A stretch of 64,000 nucleotides of DNA. It comes from Octopus sinensis. Its lineage: Eukaryota. This document shows, piece by piece, positions 54,831 to 64,000 of the stretch (positions are counted from its first letter, which is position 1; each line of letters opens with the position of its first letter). The translations under genes were made by a program, and so were the position numbers. The notes beneath the pieces are model-generated. The model did no database searches, was not told the DNA's origin, and saw nothing but the letters and a program-made list of their open reading frames with translations. The stretch covers positions 88,598,001-88,662,000 of the forward strand of contig NC_043006.1 in assembly GCF_006345805.1 (NCBI RefSeq), written 5' to 3'.

Positions 54831-56417
54831 TCTTGTTTTCCATATGTGTACATACATACATACATACATACATACATACACATATATGCATGGATGTATA
54901 TATATATTATGTGTGTGCCTATAAATATATATGCGCATATATTATATGTATGTGTACACACACACAGATACACAGACACACATATATATATATATATATC
55001 AGTGCACATATTGTTACTGTTAGTGTGAATTAACGCATCAAGGTTTGGGATTCGGATAGTAGAGGAACAAATAAACGTTTTACTGAATTATATATCCTGA
55101 GAGTTTTTGATAGTTTTGCAAAGGATGGTATATTAAAATATATACTATAATCATAGCACATAGCAGATATATTCTAACATGAGGAATGTCACATGCATTC
55201 TGACATAATCGATATTGCATGCATTCTGACGTAATATATATCAGATGTATTCTAGATTTTCCATTAACAAGAATCAAATACTATCATATTCTTATACTTG
55301 AGAAGTAAATCCACGTTGATCAGATACAACAAACACTGCAGACTCAATAAACTATATTCAATAATTGATCTTTCTGTTGCAGAAGTATACTTCATCTTCA
55401 TTGCCAACTAAACTCTCAGATTGCTCGTTTGATAATTTTATTCCAACACAGTTTCGAATAATTTTGGTTGAAATATGCTTTTACCAAAGACAAAGACCAT
55501 GTTAAAATCCAACCTAATAAAATTAAGGGAATTTGATAAAAGGTTAGTTAACAATAATCATTCTTGTAATCACTCTTCGTATACTTGTATACTTTTTCAT
55601 GGTTAAATCTCTTAGAAACGTTCACTTCTGGGTTTTTGTGTTTTGTTAGTTTTTTGTTGTTTTTTGTTTTTCTTTGTTTTTGTTTTTAAATGTAAACAGT
55701 TTAGATTTAATCTTTAAGATCATGTTCTGTATAACTGCTTAAATTAGAGAAACAGAAGACATACAAGTCTTTGCCTCAGAAAGCATATAGGAATAAGAAA
55801 AATGGAAAATGTATAAAACATAGACGAATAGAACATGTTAAATCTATTGAGTTATATTTTGTAAAGATTCTCACCAATAAAGGTATCTTTACAATAATTC
55901 TTACACAATATAAGTAGTTCTGAGGCTATGTTTTTCCTTTCTACTATAGTCACAAGGCCCGAAATTTGTGGGGAGGGTGTAGTCTATTATATCGACCACA
56001 GAGCTCAACTGGTGCTTATTCTACCGACCCCGAAAGAATAAAAGGTAAAGTCATCATTGGTTAATTATTTTGTTTGGCGCAAGCTCGCAACCATTCTGGG
56101 GAGGAAGGAGAAATAAATTTGAAAGGCGATTCTTGAGATAGCGCCAACAATTTGTAACAAAATTCTAACTGATATATAGAATTAGTAGACCACTCCAGCA
56201 ACACAGGAGTCTCTATTCAGCAGCCAATTTTCTAGAAATAGAAGTGAAATCTCCATTAAATCATCCTACCATCTCTTAAAATCACACTAGATGATGTAGA
56301 CCTACATCTACTGTCTAAATGTGCTACATTATCATGGCTACTTGACTTTGTTTATAGATCTGATGGGAAAAAGCTGACCTGGGGCCTAATAAGAATTAAT
56401 AACTTTGTCAATAAAAA

Positions 56418-56710
56418 GAGTTGTTTGCTTGTTTGTCTCATTTTCTTGCTTGATGGGGATGGGGTCATCCCAGGGTAGTGGTTCCAGAGACGTCATCTTG
56501 CGCAGAGCCGACCAGTGTTCTCCATCACTGGCGGTCCCGTGCCGATGCCTCTGCATCCTCATAGGTAACGTCCCACCCTTGGAGACCTTCCTTAATCACA
56601 TCCAGCCATCTGGTACGGGGCCTGCCATGATGCCTCTTCCAGCCTGCATCTGCAGCATCGAATAAGAGTAAAGTCTTGGTAGGGTGATCTAGCGGGAGAC
56701 GGAGGACATG
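56418..56710 (-). mobile_element. RTE-clade LINE 3' end
   Basis: HVLRLPLDHPTKTLL...GRPRTRWLDVIKE...ARDRQ*WRTLV, followed by a CAAG/CAAA tail. Confidence 0.8.
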
Positions 56711-57029
56711 ATGAAGAAAGGACTGAAGGTGTTTATAAATTTCCTTCTAAACATTTTCATTATATAAATATCTGAAATAAATAATATTATTAGTTAACTG
56801 CAATTTTGTTTTTAATATTGACTTGAGGTTTAAGTGGAAAAAGTTAGCCGATTGTATCCAACCCAGTACTTGACAGGAACTTCATTTTATCGTGCCAGGA
56901 AGAATGAAAGGCAAAGCTGAACTCGGTGGAAATTGAACCTATAACGTAAAGTCAGCAAGAAATACAGCAAGGTAGTTAGTTTGTCCGACGATCTACCGAT
57001 TCTATCAATCCACCTACTCCAGTGTTCAC

Positions 57030-58880
57030 AGTAGTCATGTGTTAATCATGTTGTTTACTAATAATCGCATAAACGTGTAATCGATTTTGATAATGTGGAA
57101 AAAACAGTTAACTGTTATAATGTGGTAGAATTGTTCACTGACTTAATATAGTACAATAGTAGTTGATATTTAATAATCCGGCAAAAATTCCCAGTCAAAA
57201 TGTATTAGAATGTTGCTAAATGAAATAATATGGATAAATATTTGCTCACTAGAATAATATAGTGAAATTATTGTTAAATGTAATAATTCGGTAAAGTTTT
57301 TGTTCACTGTAAAAAAGTGTGATAAATTACTTGTTCACTGTCACAACATTAGGAAGCAGTTGCTTACAATTGTAATATTGTAAACAATTGCTCATTGCAA
57401 TGATATTTGTAAAAGGATTGTGTTAAACATTGGATTCATTATAAAAATGTAGTAAACTAGTTGTTGATTGTAACAGTAGTATATAATAGTTGCTCAAAGT
57501 AATAATGTGAAAAAATAGTTAACTATACTATGGTTAACAGATGTTACATGTTATATTGTAAAATAGTTGTTCATTGTAATTATGGTGAACATTGTTAGAG
57601 TGTAATTATGTTGACATTATAACAGTGACCAACCATGGGGGCGAGCTGGCGGAATCCTTAGCACACCGGACAAAATGGTTACTGGCATTTCGTCCAAGTT
57701 CTGAGTTCAAATTTTGTCGAGATTGATTTTTGCCTTTCTTCTTTTTGAGGTCGATAAAATAACTAGAAGTCCAATATTGGGGTCTAAGTAATGGAATAGC
57801 CCCCTCCTCAAAATTTCAGGCCCAGTACCCATAGTAGAAATGATTCTGAGACCCCTTTCGGTCACGACACAGACCATGGGATTGCACCTAGAAAGGTACC
57901 CTCCCAGGCAAGTCCAGGCAAGGTTGTTTATGGAAGATCAGCAGTCGCCATGCATACCGGCCTCCCCTCTCCACACCACCAGTGTTATCCAAGGGAAAGG
58001 CAAAGGCCGATACAGCTTGGCACCTGAGACGTCGCGACTCATTTCTACAGCTGAGCGAACTGGAGCAACGTGAAATAAACTGTCTTGCTCAAGAAAACAA
58101 CACGCAGCCCGATCCAGGATTCGAGCTCACAACCTCACGATTGTAAGCTCGATGCTCTAACCACTGAGCCATGTGCCTTCACATGAAATGATTACTACTG
58201 AAATAATGTGGTAAAGAGATGTTTACTTGATTAATATAGTGAACAGATGTTACTTATAATATCGTAAAATATTTGTTCACTATATTTATGAAGAGTATAA
58301 TTTCAGTAAGCACTTAATACAACTGTTTACGTTATTAATGCGGTAAATAGATGTTCGGTGTAATATTGTAAAATAATTACTCAATGTAATAATGTAGTTG
58401 ATCATTCTAGTAATTCTTTGTAATTTTGACACAAGGCTAATAAATTTGAGGGGAGAGAACCGATTGCGTCGACCTTAGAGCTTGAATGATACTTATTTTA
58501 TTGACACCCGAGAGGAGGAAAAGCAAAGTCAATCTCAGCTGAATTTGAACTCAGAATGTAAAGAGCCAGAAGAAATGCGCTGTGCCGATGCACTAACAGT
58601 TCTGCCAACTCGCTGCTATTACCTGCAATAACATTCTTTCTCATTTTTTACACAAAGCCAGGTGGATAAGAAGTTGATGATATCGCCATTAATGCTTAGC
58701 TGGTACTTATTTTATCATAAGAAATGTGGCTGAGCATTTGGTTCGATACACAAAAACCTCTGTCCACTCGCCGCTTATAACAGCAATATTATTGCAGGAT
58801 GGTTGTTTAATAAGATATAAATAGATTTCCACTGTAATAATATTGCAAAATAGCAGTTCACTGATAATGTGGTAATCACT
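57030..58880. repeat. Degenerate satellite of about 29-30 bp (TAATAATGTGGTAAAATAGTTGTTCACTG-like) interrupted by SINEs
   Basis: AATGTGGTA and TTGTTCACTG recur at 57030-57630, 58190-58410 and 58790-58880. Confidence 0.7.
57848..58182 (-). mobile_element. tRNA-derived SINE, family 3, full length
   Basis: Head GGCACATGGCTCAGTGGTTAGAGC...GAGCTCGAATCC; core TTCTTGAGCAAGACA. Confidence 0.85.
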
Positions 58881-60530
58881 GTATTTTCATAAGCCTTATC
58901 TGTAAAATTGAATGAGAAAATGAGAATATAGGTTTTAATGTAACTGTAAAGGAACGTCTGGAGAATACAATTGCGTACATTGTGGTTAAAGTAGAATAAA
59001 GAATTTTATAATAAACATGTCCAAAAACCGATCGAATTCTATTTAACAGAAAATAGAGAATATCATAAAAAATACTCAACATTTTTCTGTTAACTCTATC
59101 TGAAAATGTAAACTAGATACGTTTGTAGATCGATATAACATACAATACTTTCTCAATAAAGATTGCCCAAGGGATATAAATCATGGGAAAAAATGAAATT
59201 TAAAAATAATAGAAATATTCCGAAATAGAGATTTATTTGGTTTCTCTACGTTTTTTTCCTAGGCTTATTTTATTTTTCTGTGATGATAAAGATATAAACT
59301 AAAAAGAATAGGATGTTTTTTGGGTGGAAAGAACATACATCTCGGTGAACTTCTATTACCAAAAATGTCTACATATTAACCCCATCCACTTATAATGATA
59401 TTGATTTTTACACGAAGAAACAATTCTTTCTAATTTTAACACAACAAGGCCAACAAATTTGAGGTGTGGGGAGACAAGTTGATTACATCGACCGCAGTAC
59501 TTGTCTGACACTTTATTTTACTGACCCTGAAATAATGAAAGGCAAAGGTGACTTCGACAGAATTTGAATTTACAACGAAAAAGCTGGAAGAAAATATTCG
59601 CTAAACATTTTGTTCGCCGCCTTTAATTTCAAATTTTAAGACAAGGCCAGAAATTTCGAGTAGGGGAGGCAAGTCGACTTCCTCGTCCTCTATGATTGAC
59701 TGGTACCTCATTCTATGGATCCCGAAAAGATGAGAGGTGAAGGTGATCTGTGGTGGATTTGAACGCAGAACGTAAAGAGCAAGGGGGAAATGCCACTAAG
59801 CACTTTGTCCGACGCGCTAACGATTCTGAAAGTTCGCTACTTCCACATGAATAAATAATAAGAATAGAAAAACAATTAAACGATAAATACTTAGGATAAA
59901 AATATAATCATGAGACTAGAAGATAAATCATTAAGAAGTTCGATGATCCAGAAACATCCAATTCCTAAATACATAATCAATTGATGTAAAGAACTTGAAA
60001 CGATTCCACCAGGCTCTGAGACGATCTCTGTGTTGTTTAGCTCCAGGTTAGTTTTGATCGAACAGCGTAGATAGAGCGGAAGACAAAGTTCGGAATTGTA
60101 TGTTAGATAGGCGAGGCGAGAGTAATTTGACGGTAATTATGTAACTTGCGCTAGCTATATAATTCGTCAAAAGACAGCGAACAACATGTAGCTCTTACTA
60201 CTCTAATATTTAACTATGAAAGTTATTCAACACATTTTTTTTTTTAAAGCTTCGACAGTAATTTTATATGTTGAAATATAAGTTTATATAGATGCAGGAC
60301 TGTCTTAATAGTTTTATACGCTTAAAACACTGAAGCCCCTTCATTACAACCTCAGCATACATACAATAGCATTAAGACCCTTAGCAACTGCTCAACCTGT
60401 CCGTAAACAATACTGGGTGGCAGAAGTATTGTTGTTGTAGTCGTCTTCGCTGCTACTGCTGCTACTGCTACTGCTACACACCCGTGATTAATAAGATTCT
60501 AGGCATAGTCATTCTGTATTTTTGTGCTAT

Positions 60531-60790
60531 GTGGAGGCACGTTGCCTAATGATTAGAGCGTTGCACTAACGATCGTAAGATTATGTTTTCGATTCCAGGT
60601 CCTGGCGGTGTGTTATATTGCCGAAACTTCATTTCACTTTCCGCAGAAGCAAATGAATTTCAGTAAGAGCTGGGGAGTTAACCCAGCGACGGATCAGCGT
60701 CCCGTTCAGCAGGGTGTGTTCTAATTTCAGTCATTTATACACCCTAGCAGCCGGGTTAAACTCCGGGTTATGAGCCTAGTTTTCATGAGA
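60531..60790 (+). mobile_element. Diverged SINE with a family 3-like head
   Basis: GTGGAGGCACGTTGCCTAATGATTAGAGCG...TTCGATTCC. Confidence 0.6.
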
Positions 60791-61425
60791 GACCTAAGTT
60801 AAAGTTGATGTTTTTCAAATTCCGTTATGCAATTTGTCTTTTTCTACTAAAGATGCGAGTATGAATTATGGGATATTTAGCTGCTGCATTTAGTTCGAAC
60901 AACAATTTATAGCTTCCGCATTGGTTTAGGTAGAGAAGTTGTTGAAAGGAGTGAAATACTATATTATAAACATGAGAATTATATACGTTATTTATATACG
61001 ATTTCTTGTCATGTTTTTTTTCTTTTCAAGTTTCACAACTCTTGCTGAGTTTAGCTACCTCTTTCAGCCTTTCAGGATTGGGAACGTAAATCTTAATAAA
61101 CCATTGGAATTAAGCCAACTGAGTATCACTTCTATATTTATGGAAACAATATTGTTTTCCGTCAGAAATTATAAGTTAGTTGGGATAGAATTCTAATCTA
61201 CCTAATTTTTCTAAGCAGGCCTAGTGAGTATTTTCCTTGTTGAAAATAACTGACAACTGTGTCTTGTTTCATGATGCAAGTCCTGCAGTGAGAAAACCGA
61301 CGTGGACAATGTCCAGCCTGAACATAAACAGGATAATGTTGGAAGAAAATGTGAACAGCGAAGTAAACGGAATTATTGTGTGAATGCGTGCAACCAATGA
61401 TGTAGATTAAAAAATATCTTTAACA

Positions 61426-61629
61426 GCGCAGGAGTGGCTGTGTGGTAAGTAGCTTGCTTACCAGCCACATGGTTCCGGGTTGAGTCCCACTGCGTGGCAC
61501 CTTGGGCAAGTGTCTTCTACTATAGCCTCGGGCCGACCAAAGCCTTGTGAGTGGATTTGGTAGACGGAAACTGAAAGAAGCCTGTCGTATATAAGTATAT
61601 ATATATATATATATATATACATATATGTA

Positions 61630-61660
<31 letters not shown>

Positions 61661-61868
61661 GTGTTTGTGTGTCTGTGTTTGTCCCCCTAGCATTGCTTGA
61701 CAGCCGATGCTGGTGTGTTTATGTCCCCGTCACTTAACGGTTCAGCAAAAGAGACCGATAGAACTGGGCTTACAAAGAATAAGTGCCGGGGTCGAGTTGC
61801 TCGACTAAAGGCGGTGCTCCAGCATGGCCGCAGTCAAAGGACTGAAACAAGTAAAAGAGTAAAAGAGT
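61426..61868 (+). mobile_element. Full-length tRNA-derived SINE family 2 with a CORE-like CCTTGGGCAAGT motif and an internal (TA)n(TG)n
   Basis: A box TGGCTGTGTGG, B box GGTTGAGTCCC, tail GTAAAAGA repeats; an extra 3' tail copy lies at 62399-62461. Confidence 0.9.
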
Positions 61869-62360
61869 ATATGAATATAAACAAATTACAGAAGATCCTC
61901 ACCGATTGAAACCAAGTTTGCTTACTCACAAAACTATTACATGTAAACCGCATGCTAATTGGTTAAAATAAAGACAGGGTCTAGGCCAGTAATATTGGTG
62001 CGCCCGGCAAACCGTGACGCTTAAGATGCATGCTGATTGGTCAAAACCGTATTCGAAAAATTCAGCTTGTCGGAGCCTTCTAAAAGGTATAAAAAGGGAG
62101 AAGTCAGTCATTTTGCTACATTTGTCAAGGACTCAACCCAAATGTCAGTTAATACATTTTAAAATCTGATGATTACTACGAACGTATGAAAGCATTAATT
62201 GAACTGTATGAACTTTACTGAATGTTTTTTAATGTTTAACACATTTCAGCATTGTGAATTTTTTTTTAAATACAATAATAAAAACCGTGAAAGCCAGACC
62301 ATGTTGTAACTTTATTCAACTGACATATTTTTCTATACACACTTACACAAATACGGAAAT

Positions 62361-62399
<39 letters not shown>

Positions 62400-62637
62400 A
62401 AGGCAGTGCTCCAGCATGGCCGCAGTCAAATGACTGAAACAAGTAAAAGAGTAAAAGAGTAGGATGGTCATGGTTGAAATGTCTTTGATTGTAGATCTAC
62501 TCAATCTGAGCTAACCTATGATGAAAATTGTCCCAGATGTGACCATCCCAATTTTTGAATATCAGAGAGTAATATTGTCCAGTGTCTCTTTTCAACAATG
62601 TTGGATTATCATAGCAATCTCTCTTTTTACTTATACA

Positions 62638-62695
<58 letters not shown>

Positions 62696-62700
<5 letters not shown>

Positions 62701-62900
62701 GTGACCGCGTGTGTATTGTTGGCGATTTTTTCCTCCGTCTTCCCTTCCTTGGATCTTTCTTTTCCTCTGTTTCTGACGAAGAGCTCCACCCGAAACGTTA
62801 AATCCTCCTTCTTTCTTTCCTTTCCTGAGCGTCCAATAACACTATACTTGTTCCACGTCCTCGCTTTGTTGTGTTTTCTCTTTGTGTTTAATGTTTGGAT

Positions 62901-62906
<6 letters not shown>
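62696..62906 (+). mobile_element. 210-bp (TA)n-flanked element with a damaged minimal hammerhead (62769-62803)
   Basis: GTTT CTGACGA A GAGC TCC ACCC GAAA C GT T AAAT; palindromic AACGTT; two stem II mismatches. Confidence 0.7.
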
Positions 62907-62937
<31 letters not shown>

Positions 62938-62969
62938 CATTATTTTAAATACACAAACAGGAAATAAAT

Positions 62970-63735
62970 AGCGTATAACGTTTATTGAGTGCAAAAAACG
63001 GACGGAAGAGAGGCACAAAAGGTCCCTATTTCTTCATCAGTTATCAACCAGACGGTATTCCTCAGTTTCGCACCATTAATGGTAAGACTGATGGTATGGG
63101 CTTCCCATGCTTGCGGAAAATGAATGAATGTAATTTAAGGCAATGGACGAAGGACAAAGACGAAATAAATAAGAAACGAGCAAAATATAGCCTCAGAAAC
63201 AAAAAGACACGAATCGCGGGTAACGTTTAAGGATTAGAAAAAGATTAGAAAAACAACAAATAGGAAGACATGTGCAAGTGGGACACAGAGAATTTAGGAC
63301 CGGTTAGCTACGCGACCGGTGTAAAAAGGGGGCAGAAAGAAAGGCTGGTCACGGTCACGTATCAGCAGCAGACAGAAGAGAAAGAGGTCAAGAGAGAGGG
63401 GAGAGAGTGACAGAGACAAAACAAGGGAAGGGATGAAGGGGGAAAAGGAGAAACCAGAAAAGCTAGAAATAGAATTAAGAGGGCTAGAGAAAGGAAGATG
63501 AAGATAGAAAAAAGAAGAAAGAGGAAAGGCTAGAAGTAGAGTCGCACGGATATATAAAAATAACTTACTGTTAATAAAAGACAGGGTGCGTTGCGTTCCG
63601 TTACTTAATAAATGAAAACATGGATTGTAAATAAACGGCATAACGTATACTGAGTGTACAAACGGACGGAAGACAGACGCAGAAGGTCCCTAATTCTTCA
63701 TCAGTTATCAACCAGATGGTATTACTCAGTTTCAA
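62970..63735. repeat. Two diverged direct repeats of about 100 bp, 664 bp apart (LTR/pLTR-like)
   Basis: AACGGACGGAAGA..AAGGTCCCTA.TTCTTCATCAGTTATCAACCAGA.GGTATT.CTCAGTTTC occurs twice. Confidence 0.8.
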
Positions 63736-64000
63736 GAAAAAAAAACAATTTGTGACGTACCCGTGACGTAGATAAAATAACGTAACTAAGTTTGTATTAC
63801 AGATTTGATCTGAGGATTCATAACCAAAGCACCTTATCCACCTGATCACATCTCCCACTTACATCGCATGAAATTAATTACTCAAAATATGAATCTCAAA
63901 CAGGATCGTTGAACAGAACTGTTACTACCAACACCAAAGTCTACATTGTTATCACCACCGCTACCATTATCGTCATAGTCCTCATCACCGTGAGGGCGCG

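Larger units (their letters stand above)
55950..59845. mobile_element. Cluster of about 7 diverged SINE family 1 copies (about 55950, 56820, 57636 +, 58420, 58660, 59440, 59620)
   Basis: Recurring GGCAAAG..GAC..TTGAAC.CAGAA and CACAAGG..A.AAATTT landmarks. Confidence 0.75.

Noticed and set aside
55390-55513. Minus-strand candidate exon with a strong acceptor
   Set aside because: All frames starting at the acceptor hit stops before a convincing donor.
61220-61370. Possible exon (NVGRKCEQ, laminin-EGF-like)
   Set aside because: Several frames are open on both strands, and the Cys pattern is incomplete.

Overview
AT-rich, microsatellite-dense eukaryotic DNA, most likely from an octopus (inferred from the SINE families and repeat landscape, not checked by search). 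I could not recognise any intact host protein-coding gene, so the window looks intronic or intergenic; most ORFs in the track are translated microsatellites. It contains decayed mobile elements: two Penelope-like elements (PLE; one with RT plus GIY-YIG, one with only the GIY-YIG end), a 5'-truncated Gypsy element, an R4/Dong-like RLE retrotransposon, RTE LINE ends, three mariner (DD34D) pieces, two TIR MITEs, a Helitron-like composite and more than 25 copies of three tRNA-derived SINE families, often nested. The most notable signal is a set of minimal type I hammerhead ribozyme motifs with palindromic stem III, carried by short elements that abut (TA)n tracts. Two look structurally intact (3927-4017 +, 35232-35301 -) and several more are damaged relics. 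This suggests a (TA)n-associated PLE/retrozyme system. All alignments and folds were done by eye, and boundaries are approximate unless a TSD or TIR is given.
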